64,000 bases of DNA, from the NCBI GenBank assembly GCA_034171505.1, contig JAXFGC010000027.1:15745-79744 (forward strand), read 5' to 3'. A program made the position numbers and the translations under genes. This DNA comes from Candidatus Enteromonas sp. GTDB taxonomy: Bacteria > Bacillota_I > Bacilli_A > RFN20 > CAG-826. How positions within the stretch are numbered: the stretch's first letter is position 1; every line of letters starts with the position of its first letter. The notes beneath the pieces were generated by a model. That model saw only the letters and a list, made by a program, of their open reading frames with translations. It was not told the DNA's origin and searched no databases. This document shows positions 18,700 through 27,945 of this stretch, piece after piece.

Positions 18700-20103
18700 A
18701 TGAAACAGTTCTTAGGAAACGACTTCCTCTTAAATAGCCCTTTGGCGGTTCGCCTTTACGAAGAGCATGCCTCCAAGATGCCGATTTTCGACTTCCATTG
18801 TCATCTATCCCCGAAGCAAATCTATGAGGACCATCGATTTGAAACCATTACCGAGGTTTGGCTCGGCGGAAAAGGGTATGGCGACCATTACAAGTGGCGA
18901 CTCCTGCGCGAGATGGGGGTAGACGAATCCTACATCACGGGCGATAAATCCCCATATGAACGTTTTGAGAAATACGCGGAATGCATGCCCTATTTCATTG
19001 GAAACCCCATCTACGAATGGACTCATCTCGAGCTCAAGATTTTCTTTGGCATCACCACCCCCTTATGCAAGGAAAATGCCAAAGAGATTTACGAAGAATG
19101 CAACCGTCAACTCCAGACGATGACCGCGCGCAAAATGATGGAAAAGTGCAACGTCACCGCGGTTTATACCACCGATGACCCCGTCGATAGCCTCGAATAT
19201 CACGTTTTGATGCGGAAAGACCCGACCTTGAAAGTCGAGGTCGCTCCCTGCTGGAGACCGGATAAAGCCATCAACGTCGAACGGGCGACTTTCTTGCCTT
19301 GGCTCCATCAACTCGAAGAAGTGGTGGGACGTAAACTCCCAACCTTGAAGGATTTGCTGGGGGCCCTTGATGAACGCCTCGCCTTCTTTGTGGAGAATGG
19401 ATGCTGTGCCGCCGACCACGGCTTAGACACTTTCCATTACAAGAAAGCCTCCTACGAAGAAGCGGAAGCGGTTTATCAAAAAGGATTGAAGGGAGAACCC
19501 ATTTCCTTCGAGGAAGAGGACATCTACAAAGGATATCTCCTCGTTCATTTGGGCAAGGAATACCATCGCTACGGCCTCGTTCAGCAGTACCATATCGGCG
19601 CCCTCCGCGACAATTCGAAACGGAACTTTGAACTTCTTGGACCCGATTCGGGATTCGATGCGGTCAACGATCGCACCTACGCCGAAAAACTTTCGGGCTT
19701 ATTAAACGAACTCGATCTCGATAACTCGTTACCAAAGACGGTTCTCTATTGCCTCAACGAAAAGGACTACATCGTGATGATGTCCCTCATGAACTGCTTT
19801 CAAGGTGGTCGAAAAGGCAAGATCCAAGTGGGAACCGCTTGGTGGTTCAACGACCACTACGAAGGCATGCTCAATCAATTCAAAAAGCTTTCGATGGATG
19901 GTCTCCTTTCCTGCTTCATCGGCATGTTGACCGATTCCCGCAGCTTCTTAAGCTATCCCCGTCACGATTATTTCCGTCGCGAGCTTTGCTCCTACATCGC
20001 TTCGTTGGTAGAAGAAGGGCGTTATCCGAACGACGAGAAAATCCTCGGGGAAATCGTCGAAGATATCTGCTATAAAAACGCGAAAGAGTATTTCACGCGG
20101 TAA
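18700..20103 (+). CDS. uxaC: Glucuronate (uronate) isomerase
   Basis: MKQFLGNDFLLNSPLAVRLYEEHASKMPIFDFHCHLSPKQIYED is the canonical UxaC N-terminus. Length 467 aa. Confidence 0.92.
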   Translation: MKQFLGNDFLLNSPLAVRLYEEHASKMPIFDFHCHLSPKQIYEDHRFETITEVWLGGKGYGDHYKWRLLREMGVDESYITGDKSPYERFEKYAECMPYFIGNPIYEWTHLELKIFFGITTPLCKENAKEIYEECNRQLQTMTARKMMEKCNVTAVYTTDDPVDSLEYHVLMRKDPTLKVEVAPCWRPDKAINVERATFLPWLHQLEEVVGRKLPTLKDLLGALDERLAFFVENGCCAADHGLDTFHYKKASYEEAEAVYQKGLKGEPISFEEEDIYKGYLLVHLGKEYHRYGLVQQYHIGALRDNSKRNFELLGPDSGFDAVNDRTYAEKLSGLLNELDLDNSLPKTVLYCLNEKDYIVMMSLMNCFQGGRKGKIQVGTAWWFNDHYEGMLNQFKKLSMDGLLSCFIGMLTDSRSFLSYPRHDYFRRELCSYIASLVEEGRYPNDEKILGEIVEDICYKNAKEYFTR

Positions 20104-20169
20104 AAATAGTGATTTTCTAATAAAAGAAGATATAATGATTTCAAACATGTATACAAGAAGGAAAAGTGT

Positions 20170-20820
20170 ATGAAGAAATTCGATGTGATTTCGAAGCTCG
20201 TTGATTGTGGCGTTGTCGCCGTCATTCGCGCCAATTCGGTGGAAGAAGCGAGCAAACTCAGCCACGCCGTTGCCGAAGGAGGCATCTTAGGCTTGGAGGT
20301 GACCTTCACCGTTCCTGGAGCGGAAAAAGTGATCGCTGCCCTCTGCGAAGAGCTTGGGGATTCCGCGATTGTCGGGGCGGGAACCGTTCTCGATGCCCCG
20401 ACCGCCCGCACCGCCATTCTCGCCGGGGCCAAGTTTGTCGTCTCCCCTGGCTTTGACAAAGAGACCGCGGAACTCTGCAACGTCTACCAAGTCCCCTATA
20501 TGGCGGGATGTTTCACCATCACCGAGATCATCACCGCGATGAAAGCCGGCGTGGATATTTTGAAAATCTTCCCCGGATCCTCGGCCACCCCCGAATACTT
20601 CAAAGCGGTCCACGGACCTCTTCCCCAAGCAAACTTGATGCCAACCGGAGGCGTCTCGTTGGAGAACGCGAAAGACTGGATTAAGTCCGGCGCGGTCGCT
20701 ATCGGAACCGGTGGACAACTCACCGCCCCCGCAAAGAAAGGGGATTACGCGGGAGTTACCAAAATCGCCGCAGAATTCGTCCGCCTTGTCAAAGAAGCGC
20801 GTGATGAAATGAAGAAATAA
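20170..20820 (+). CDS. eda: 2-dehydro-3-deoxyphosphogluconate (KDPG) aldolase
   Basis: ...GVVAVIRANSVEEA...GLEVTFTVPGA...ILKIFPG... is the class I KDPG/KHG aldolase pattern. Confidence 0.88.
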   Translation: MKKFDVISKLVDCGVVAVIRANSVEEASKLSHAVAEGGILGLEVTFTVPGAEKVIAALCEELGDSAIVGAGTVLDAPTARTAILAGAKFVVSPGFDKETAELCNVYQVPYMAGCFTITEIITAMKAGVDILKIFPGSSATPEYFKAVHGPLPQANLMPTGGVSLENAKDWIKSGAVAIGTGGQLTAPAKKGDYAGVTKIAAEFVRLVKEARDEMKK

Positions 20821-20832
20821 GGAGAAATTTCC

Positions 20833-21849
20833 ATGATTTACGCAACTCTTGGAGAAATCATGCTTCGTTTGTCGACCCCCGGCAACGAACGCTTTGTTCA
20901 ATCCACTTCCTTCGACATCAACTACGGTGGAGGTGAGGCCAACGTCGCCCTTTCCCTTTGCAATTTGGGAGAAGAAGCCCGCTTCCTTTCCAAGATTCCA
21001 AACAACGATATCGGACAAGCCGCGATCAATTCCCTCCGTCAATTTGGCGTTGACACCTCGGGGATTGTCCGTGGGGGAGATCGCCTTGGTATTTACTTCT
21101 TGGAAACCGGCGCCTCCGTCCGTCCTTCCAAAGTGATTTACGACCGCGCCCACAGCGCCATTTGCGAGGCCAAACCGAGCGAATTCAACTTCCGTAAACT
21201 TCTCAAAGGAGTTTCTTGGCTCCATATCACCGGCATTACCCCGGCCCTTGGGAAGAACTGCCAGGCCATCACTTTGAAAGCCCTCCAAGCCGCCAAAGCC
21301 ATGGGTATCACGGTTTCCTTCGACCTCAATTACCGCGCCAAACTTTGGACCAAAGAAGAGGCCCAATCCGTCATGATCCCCTTCATGGAATACGTCGATT
21401 ACGTCATCGGCAATGAAGAAGACGCGGAAGCTTGCCTTGGCTTCTCCGCGGGAGGAGACGTCTCCAAAGGGAAGCTCGACGCTCAAGGGTATGGAAATAT
21501 GCTCCGCGCGATGTGCGAGAAGTTCCACCTCCGTGGAGCCGCTGCCTCGCTTCGGGAATCCCACAGCGCCTCCGACAATGGTTGGAGCGGGGTTCTTTAC
21601 ACGAATGGCAAGGCGTATGTCTCTGCCCATTACGACCTTCGCATCGTTGACCGCGTTGGGGGAGGAGATTCCTTCGCCGCGGGTCTCATCTATGGCTTGA
21701 CCCATTACGAAGATTCCCAAAAGGCCATTGATTGCGCCGTCGCTCACAGCGCTTTGAAACACACCATCCCCGGGGATTTCAACCACGTTGGCATCAAAGA
21801 AGTTGAATCCTTGATGGCCGGCAACACCAACGGACGCGTCCAACGGTAA
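20833..21849 (+). CDS. kdgK: 2-dehydro-3-deoxygluconokinase (PfkB family)
   Basis: ...FDINYGGGEANVA... and C-terminal ...VDRVGGGDSFAAGLIYG (PfkB signature 2). Sits between eda and a GntR regulator gene. Confidence 0.88.
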   Translation: MIYATLGEIMLRLSTPGNERFVQSTSFDINYGGGEANVALSLCNLGEEARFLSKIPNNDIGQAAINSLRQFGVDTSGIVRGGDRLGIYFLETGASVRPSKVIYDRAHSAICEAKPSEFNFRKLLKGVSWLHITGITPALGKNCQAITLKALQAAKAMGITVSFDLNYRAKLWTKEEAQSVMIPFMEYVDYVIGNEEDAEACLGFSAGGDVSKGKLDAQGYGNMLRAMCEKFHLRGAAASLRESHSASDNGWSGVLYTNGKAYVSAHYDLRIVDRVGGGDSFAAGLIYGLTHYEDSQKAIDCAVAHSALKHTIPGDFNHVGIKEVESLMAGNTNGRVQR

Positions 21850-21851
21850 GT

Positions 21852-22520
21852 ATGACCAGTGACGTCCTCCCGATTTACCAAGAACTCCGTCAAGAAATCG
21901 AAAGCCTCCAAATCGTCCCGGGAACTCGACTCGGAGAAATCGAGTTAACTACCCGTTTTGGCGTTTCGCGCACACCCATACGCGATGTGCTAAAGAAGTT
22001 AGAGGAAGACGGGCTCGTTCGTATCGTCCCCAAAAGCGGAACTTATGTCACTCCCCTCGACATGGAGGGGTTCGAAGACGAGATGTTCCTCCGCTTTTCC
22101 ATCGAAACCGCGGTGATGAAAACCCTCTTTGGCCGTCTATCCGAAAATGACATCGATGTTCTCCGCCAAATCTTGAATGAACAAAAACAAACGTTGACGG
22201 AGTCCGAGAATTTTCGGGCGCCGGAACGGTTCTATGGATTGGATGAGGCCTTCCATAAAGCGATTTATTCTTTCGCGAACAAAGAAGGTATCTACCATCG
22301 GATGCAAACCAAATCCCCCACTTTTTCGAGATATCGTCACGTTACCTTTTTCCGTGATATTCGATACCTGTCCTCGCTCTTTTCGATTCACGAACGCCTT
22401 CTAGAGGCCCTTGTCGCCCAAGATGGAGATGCCCTTGAGGCGGCGTCCCGCGAACATAATTACTCGGGGCTAGAAGGCTTAGCGGAAGTCCGCAAGACCC
22501 ACCCCACCTGGTTCGCTTAG
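21852..22520 (+). CDS. GntR-family (FadR/FCD-type) transcriptional regulator
   Basis: ...LGEIELTTRFGVSRTPIRDVLKKLEEDGLVRIVPKSGTYV is a GntR winged HTH, followed by a helical FCD-like C-terminal domain. Confidence 0.88.
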   Translation: MTSDVLPIYQELRQEIESLQIVPGTRLGEIELTTRFGVSRTPIRDVLKKLEEDGLVRIVPKSGTYVTPLDMEGFEDEMFLRFSIETAVMKTLFGRLSENDIDVLRQILNEQKQTLTESENFRAPERFYGLDEAFHKAIYSFANKEGIYHRMQTKSPTFSRYRHVTFFRDIRYLSSLFSIHERLLEALVAQDGDALEAASREHNYSGLEGLAEVRKTHPTWFA

Positions 22521-22544
22521 AAAGCGCTTACATTTCACCCTGTT

Positions 22545-22574
22545 AACGATTGCGTATTTTGCGATCGTTTTTTA
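22545..22574 (+). terminator. Intrinsic terminator after the GntR gene
   Basis: aacgattgc (22545-53) pairs with gcgatcgtt (22561-69) and is followed by tttt. Confidence 0.7.
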
Positions 22575-22602
22575 TCATTTAACTGTGTGAACAATTCACG
22601 GG

Positions 22603-23085
22603 GTGAAACAGATGGAAAATAACGGTAAAAGCAGAGAATACACAGAACGAATCGTTCGAATGTTCCAAGATGGTTCCAACGCATCGTTGATCGCGAAAGC
22701 GCAGAAGGTTTTCAATGCGCCGCACGCGATGTCTTGTGCCTTGCTTTCCCGCCCGGAAGGCATGACCGCGAGCGAACTTGCGTCCATCGGGGATTGTTCC
22801 CCTTCCCGCGTCACCGCTATCCTCGATACCTGGGAAGAAAAAGGGCTCGCCGAACGATTCCAGCAGGAGGGAGACCGACTGCACACGTTTGTCCGATTGA
22901 CCGAGAAGGGACGTAAAGGCGTTCTCCTTTCGGGCAATATCATCTTCGACTTTATATGTAGGGTGTTCGATGTGCTCGGACCCGAAAAGTCGGAGATCGT
23001 CATTGAGGCCATCCAAAACATCATCACGATGGGGCTTGAGACCGTGAAGAAATATGAGGAGGGTTATGAACCATGCTGCGATTAG
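22603..23085 (+). CDS. MarR-family transcriptional regulator
   Basis: ...GMTASELASIGDCSPSRVTAILDTWEEKGLAERFQQEGDRLHTFVRLTEKG is a MarR winged helix. A small inverted repeat GTGAAcaaTTCAC (22587-22599) sits just upstream. Confidence 0.8.
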   Translation: MKQMENNGKSREYTERIVRMFQDGSNASLIAKAQKVFNAPHAMSCALLSRPEGMTASELASIGDCSPSRVTAILDTWEEKGLAERFQQEGDRLHTFVRLTEKGRKGVLLSGNIIFDFICRVFDVLGPEKSEIVIEAIQNIITMGLETVKKYEEGYEPCCD

Positions 23086-25847
23086 TTGACATCACCAAGG
23101 TTTATCCAGTCAAAGACAATCCCGTTTACGCGTTAAAAGGGATTTCTTTGAACTTCCGTAAAAACGAATTCGTCTCTATCCTTGGCCCTTCGGGATGCGG
23201 AAAGACCACGACCCTCAACATCATCGGAGGGCTCGACCATTACACGGACGGGGACCTCATCATCAATGGGGTTTCCACCAAACGTTACGACGACCACGAT
23301 TGGGACGTTTACCGCAACCATAAGATTGGCTTCATTTTCCAATCCTACAATTTGATTCCCCACGAGAATATTTTGGAGAACGTGGAACTCGCCCTTACCA
23401 TCGCGGGATTAGGGAAAGAAGAACGGACCCGTCGGGCAAAAGAGGCTCTCGATAACGTCGGCTTGAAAGGGATGTACTACAAGCATCCGAACCAACTTTC
23501 GGGTGGCCAATGTCAACGTGTCGCGATTGCCCGCGCCCTCGTCAACGAACCCGACATCCTTTTGGCGGACGAACCCACGGGTGCCCTCGACTCCCAAACC
23601 TCCATCCAAATCATGGATTTGGTCAAGAAAATCTCGAAAGAGAAGCTCGTCATCATGGTCACTCATAATCCGGATTTGGCCCAAAAATACTCGACCCGTA
23701 TCATCGAATTGCTCGATGGGGAGGTCAAAAGCGACTCCAACCCCTATAGCGTAGAAGAGGAAGAAGCGGAACGGGTAACCCCCCAAGCAACCATAGTGGA
23801 CGAAAAGGCCAAGATGAGTTGGTGGACCGCTTTCAAACTCTCCGCGAAAAACCTCTGGTCGAAGATTCGTCGCACCTCTTTGATCGTCGTGGCTAGTTCC
23901 ATCGGCATTGTCGGTGTCTCCGCGGTTTTGGCCGTCTCCCAAGGGGTGCGCGGCTATATCGTGGACATGCAGGATGACATGCTTTCGGGTAACCCGATTG
24001 AAGTCGCCGAAAGCGGACTTAGCCTCACTTCCTTGATGAACGCCGCCGGCAGCATGGGCCAAACCGAAGCGGTGATTCACTCGGTCAAAGACGGCAAAAT
24101 CGACATCCAATTCTTGATGGAAGCCTTGATCAAGACCTCCGATACCCTCGATGGGGCGATGGTCAGCAACACGATCACTCCGGAATACGAAGCCTTCATC
24201 GATGACATGCCGAGCGATTATTACGCCGCCCTTGCCAAGGATTATGGCGTCAACGTGAAGAACAACATCTACACCGATTGCGAAATGGACATCAAGAACT
24301 GGGACCCCGACAACCGGTATTCCATTTCCTGCATCACGACCGTCTGCTCCAACATCCTCGAAGTCATGGAGGATGGCAAGTACAAAGATTATTCCCCGAT
24401 GGTGGACCAATACACGAACACGATTGGCCAATGCCTCGACAACAAGGAATACGTCTTGGAACAATACGATGTCCTCGAAGGGCATTACCCGACCGAGGAA
24501 AACGAGATGATGCTCGTTTTGAATTCGAAGAAAACCGTCCCCGAATTCGTCCTCACGTTGTTGGGCTTCTATTCCCAAGAAGAATTCGCGAACGCCGCCT
24601 ACCACTTCTCCCATTCGGATAAATTCGATCCGGACCTTTGGGAAACTCAGCAGTCGATTACCTTCGATGAAATCTTGAATAAGAAGTACTATTACTACCC
24701 CAACAATACCATCTATGAGAAGAACCCCGCCTATGGGGGAAGCGCTACGGAAGACGATACCTGCTACCAACCCTATTTCTATTCTTACCAAGAAGATCCG
24801 TCTTGGGACGAAGGAATGGAACTCCGGATTGTCGGCATCCTCGCTCCAAAGGAAACCACTTTCTATGGATGCATGTCCGCTGGACTTTATTACACCCCGA
24901 AACTCGCCGACCGCATGATGGCGGATAACGCCCAAAGCGATGTCACCCGCTTTGTTCGGAACTTTGAGGAAGATAATGGCAACAACGGCTACTCTTCGAT
25001 GATTATCAAACAAACGGTCAGTTCCTTAAGCGTCCGCATGATCAGCGGCTTTGGGTACCGATTCAATTTCTTCTTTGAGGATGACCCCTATGTTGGTTAT
25101 GGAGTCGTCGGCTCCCAAAACGGGCTCTCGAGTTTCCTCGCAAGCATGGGAGGAGGGTCTTCCGGGGGTAGCGGCGGTTCCTCTAGCGGCAGCGGTTTAT
25201 CCATCGAAAAGACCGCAACCATCACCACTCGAGATTTGGGCGGAGCCACTACCCCGGCAAACATCTATATCTACCCCAAAAACTTTGATACCAAGTATAT
25301 GGTCACCGATTATCTTTCCCAATGGGGCAAAGGAGACATCACATTAAGCGATGGAACGGTCATCAGAATCGAAGACCAAACCGAGATCGATTACACGGAT
25401 AATCTCGAAGTCGTCATCACGATGATCAACGGGGTCATCGACATCGTCACCATCGCCCTCGTTTGCTTCACCGCCCTCAGTTTGGTGGTCTCCACGGTCA
25501 TGATTGGTATCATCACCTATGTTTCGGTCATGGAACGCGTCAAGGAAATCGGTGTTATCCGAAGCCTTGGCGGACGAAAGAAAGACGTCTCCCACCTCTT
25601 TAACGCCGAAACCTTCATGATCGGCGCCGCGAGCGGTTTATTCGGCTTGGCGATAACCTATCTCTTCGAGCTCATCTTGAACTTGACCATTGGACGCACG
25701 TTTAACCTCGGAATGATCGCGAACCTCAACTGGTATACCGCGATTATCGTCTTCCTGATTTCCATCTTGCTCACCATGGTCGCGGGCTTGATTCCGTCCC
25801 TTGCCGCGGCCAAACAAGACCCGGTCAACGCCCTTCGTAGCGAGTAA
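23073..25847 (+). CDS. Fused ABC ATPase + FtsX/MacB-type permease with very large extracytoplasmic domain
   Basis: Walker A GPSGCGKTT, signature LSGGQCQRVAIARAL, Walker B ILLADEPTGALD. One TM helix at about residue 270, then about 500 aa of extracytoplasmic region containing GGGSSGGSGGSSSGSG, then a C-terminal FtsX-type TM bundle. Overlaps marR by 13 nt. Confidence 0.88.
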   Translation: MLRLVDITKVYPVKDNPVYALKGISLNFRKNEFVSILGPSGCGKTTTLNIIGGLDHYTDGDLIINGVSTKRYDDHDWDVYRNHKIGFIFQSYNLIPHENILENVELALTIAGLGKEERTRRAKEALDNVGLKGMYYKHPNQLSGGQCQRVAIARALVNEPDILLADEPTGALDSQTSIQIMDLVKKISKEKLVIMVTHNPDLAQKYSTRIIELLDGEVKSDSNPYSVEEEEAERVTPQATIVDEKAKMSWWTAFKLSAKNLWSKIRRTSLIVVASSIGIVGVSAVLAVSQGVRGYIVDMQDDMLSGNPIEVAESGLSLTSLMNAAGSMGQTEAVIHSVKDGKIDIQFLMEALIKTSDTLDGAMVSNTITPEYEAFIDDMPSDYYAALAKDYGVNVKNNIYTDCEMDIKNWDPDNRYSISCITTVCSNILEVMEDGKYKDYSPMVDQYTNTIGQCLDNKEYVLEQYDVLEGHYPTEENEMMLVLNSKKTVPEFVLTLLGFYSQEEFANAAYHFSHSDKFDPDLWETQQSITFDEILNKKYYYYPNNTIYEKNPAYGGSATEDDTCYQPYFYSYQEDPSWDEGMELRIVGILAPKETTFYGCMSAGLYYTPKLADRMMADNAQSDVTRFVRNFEEDNGNNGYSSMIIKQTVSSLSVRMISGFGYRFNFFFEDDPYVGYGVVGSQNGLSSFLASMGGGSSGGSGGSSSGSGLSIEKTATITTRDLGGATTPANIYIYPKNFDTKYMVTDYLSQWGKGDITLSDGTVIRIEDQTEIDYTDNLEVVITMINGVIDIVTIALVCFTALSLVVSTVMIGIITYVSVMERVKEIGVIRSLGGRKKDVSHLFNAETFMIGAASGLFGLAITYLFELILNLTIGRTFNLGMIANLNWYTAIIVFLISILLTMVAGLIPSLAAAKQDPVNALRSE

Positions 25848-25863
25848 AAGAAAGGACCCATGT

Positions 25864-26424
25864 ATGCATAAACCCATTAAAACCGCTCCTTACGTCTATC
25901 CCTTACCGGTGGCGATCCTCCTCACTTACAATGCGGACGGAACGCCAAATGCGATGACGGCCGCCTGGGCGGTCCCCGTCGATAGTGATATCCTCGCGGT
26001 CTGCTTAAGCCCCGAACATAAGACCAACGCGAATTTCCACCGCGACCCCCACGTCACGGTTTCCTTTGCAACCAAGTCCACGATGGCGGAAGCTGCGTAT
26101 TTTGGCACTTGCAGCGGAAACGACGTCCCGAACAAAGTCGCCGCGACTTCGCTTCACGACCTTAAGCTCGCCGCTTCCCCGGTGATGGAAGAGTTCCCCG
26201 TCGCGATTCTCTGCCTCTTCGACCATGAAGACGAATCCACGGGCATGAACTACTTCAAAATCGAGAAGGTCCTCGCGGATGAAAAGACGTTGGGCGAAAA
26301 CGGACGCGTGGACCTCGTGGAGGCGGAAGCCATCGTCTATGATTCGTTCCACCGCGCTTATCGCGAGGTTGGGAAGGAACTTGGCGACGCTTATTCGATG
26401 GGCGAAAAGTTCGTAAACGAATAG
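25864..26424 (+). CDS. Flavin reductase-like (FMN-binding split-barrel) protein
   Basis: ...YPLPVAILLTYNADGTPNAMTAAWAVPVDSD...VCLSPEHKTNANF resembles the flavoredoxin/flavin-reductase domain. Start chosen at ATG 25864. Confidence 0.7.
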   Translation: MHKPIKTAPYVYPLPVAILLTYNADGTPNAMTAAWAVPVDSDILAVCLSPEHKTNANFHRDPHVTVSFATKSTMAEAAYFGTCSGNDVPNKVAATSLHDLKLAASPVMEEFPVAILCLFDHEDESTGMNYFKIEKVLADEKTLGENGRVDLVEAEAIVYDSFHRAYREVGKELGDAYSMGEKFVNE

Positions 26425-26441
26425 ACGTCCCCCTTATTTTT
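26412..26441 (+). repeat. Copy B of the 30-nt direct repeat: cgtaaacgaatagacgtcccccttattttt
   Basis: 27/30 identical to copy C (37461-37490). It spans the last two codons and the TAG stop of the flavin-reductase-like gene. Confidence 0.85.
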
Positions 26442-26457
26442 GGGACTGGCTCCATTA

Positions 26458-26484
26458 AGTGCCTTCTTCGGAGGGCGCTTTTGC
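26458..26484 (+). terminator. Intrinsic terminator (UUCG tetraloop hairpin)
   Basis: agtgccttc-ttcg-gagggcgct followed by tttt. Confidence 0.7.
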
Positions 26485-26526
26485 TTCTATTGCGCGAACC
26501 TTTTAGGTTCATTATAGTTTGGTCGT

Positions 26527-27936
26527 ATGTCCGAAGCCTCGATTTCTAAGCGTTCCCCTCTGAGTCAAAAGACGTATTTCCTGAAGTTTTTGTTTTTGCT
26601 TGGGGCGATCGGCTGGGGGATCATGCTGATCTTCATTTTGATCCATAAACTCGTCATCGAGAATATTCCCGAGATTCCGTTGCAGGTGGCGACTACTTTA
26701 TTCACGGGCAAGTTCGTTTTTGGGGACTTTTTGGAGACGATGGCCTTTTGCTTCATGGAGAATCCTTATTTGGATGTGCCATGTGGCAGGACCATCTATT
26801 TCCCGATTTCCTATCTGATCATTTATCCCTTTGCCCTGCTTGGGAAAGACGCCGCGATGGCGTATTTGGCCAATCCCGAGCTGCTCGCGACCCCCGAGCG
26901 GTTGCCTGGATTATTGCCCGCGTATTTGCTTTACGCGTTCGTTTGCATCGCTTTGATTCTCTTAGTTAGTGCGTATTTGTCTCACCTCAAAGGCTGGGAT
27001 TTGTTTTACCTAATGGGTGGAATATTGCTACATGGGTCGATTTCTTTTGCTTTGGGGAGGGGAAATACCATCTTCGTGACTTTCCTTGGCATTCTCCTTT
27101 TCTTTGGGCTTTACCATCACAAGAAGTGGTGGCTGCGGGAACTCGGTTACGTTTGTTTCGCCCTTGCGATTTCCATCAAGGTTTATCCCGTCCTTTTGGC
27201 AATGGTTTTCTTCCGGGAACGTCGTTACTTCCCCTTGCTCCGTACCGCGATTTATACCTTGGTTTTCCTTTTTGCGCCGTTTTTCTTCGTTCCCGGGGGA
27301 CTTTCCAACGTTGGCCGATTGCTCCAAAACATGAGTGCTTTCTCCGTGGACTCGGACCGTTTCTTGGTGTTTACCAACATCTCTTGGGCGGGGTTGCTCG
27401 GAAAAGTCCAATTCGTCCTCGATTTCCTCCCATATCTAGCCTCTCCTGAAGCGTTGATGGGGCACGTTTTGGAAATGATCCAACAGAACGCCTTCCTCTT
27501 TACGATCGGGAGGTCGACCTTGGTAATTTCTCAAGTGCTTGGACTTGCTTGTTGCGTATTGACCCTCGTGTTCTCTTTCTTCCAACCGAAGAAGGGGTCT
27601 GCTTTCCCTTACATGACCTTGCTAATCATGAATTTCTTCGCTTTCCCCTCCGTCCATTTCTGTTACGTCCATTTGCTTTTTGTCCTTTTGACGATCGTCT
27701 ACCTCCACGAGATGGAGAACATGAATCTCCAACAAAAAGTCATCTACGGGATGTGCCTCCTTTTCGCGGCCTTCCCCTTCCAATATTTCTACCAAATTCC
27801 GCTTCTATCGAGCTTTGCCCAGGGTATTTTGCTCGTCTTCTCCATTATTGACCTCATCCATCTTTACCTCCGAAAGACCCCCGCTTGTAAGGAAGCGGTA
27901 TCTTCCCCTGAGACCTCAACGGAAAGAAGCGTATAA
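26527..27936 (+). CDS. Polytopic (>10 TM) membrane protein, candidate GT-C-fold glycosyltransferase or polymerase-like enzyme
   Basis: 469 aa, almost entirely hydrophobic helices with short loops. It lies immediately upstream of a polyprenyl-phosphate glycosyltransferase gene. The CDS is confident. The function is inferred from topology and context only. Confidence 0.6.
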   Translation: MSEASISKRSPLSQKTYFLKFLFLLGAIGWGIMLIFILIHKLVIENIPEIPLQVATTLFTGKFVFGDFLETMAFCFMENPYLDVPCGRTIYFPISYLIIYPFALLGKDAAMAYLANPELLATPERLPGLLPAYLLYAFVCIALILLVSAYLSHLKGWDLFYLMGGILLHGSISFALGRGNTIFVTFLGILLFFGLYHHKKWWLRELGYVCFALAISIKVYPVLLAMVFFRERRYFPLLRTAIYTLVFLFAPFFFVPGGLSNVGRLLQNMSAFSVDSDRFLVFTNISWAGLLGKVQFVLDFLPYLASPEALMGHVLEMIQQNAFLFTIGRSTLVISQVLGLACCVLTLVFSFFQPKKGSAFPYMTLLIMNFFAFPSVHFCYVHLLFVLLTIVYLHEMENMNLQQKVIYGMCLLFAAFPFQYFYQIPLLSSFAQGILLVFSIIDLIHLYLRKTPACKEAVSSPETSTERSV

Positions 27937-27945
27937 TAAAGCGGT

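Noticed and set aside
20287-21843. 518-aa ORF on the minus strand spanning eda and kdgK
   Set aside because: It is entirely antisense to two genes with strong family signatures and crosses their intergenic spacer. The translation is low-complexity (G/D/E/V/F-rich) with no motif. Long antisense ORFs fit sense-strand codon usage that avoids TTA, CTA and TCA.
23409-25013. 534-aa minus-strand ORF inside the MacB-like ABC gene
   Set aside because: It is antisense to a CDS with Walker A/B and signature motifs. It has no RBS, no recognisable domain and the same compositional artefact as above.
26422-26520. The idea that the conserved motif starting at TAG marks programmed stop-codon readthrough or recoding. 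The read-through peptides would share SPLFLGL in copies A and B.
   Set aside because: The shared peptide is explained by the conserved nucleotides themselves. Similarity fades within about 12 nt, copy C stops after 7 codons, and no recoding structure or Pyl/Sec machinery is visible. It is kept only as a remote possibility.
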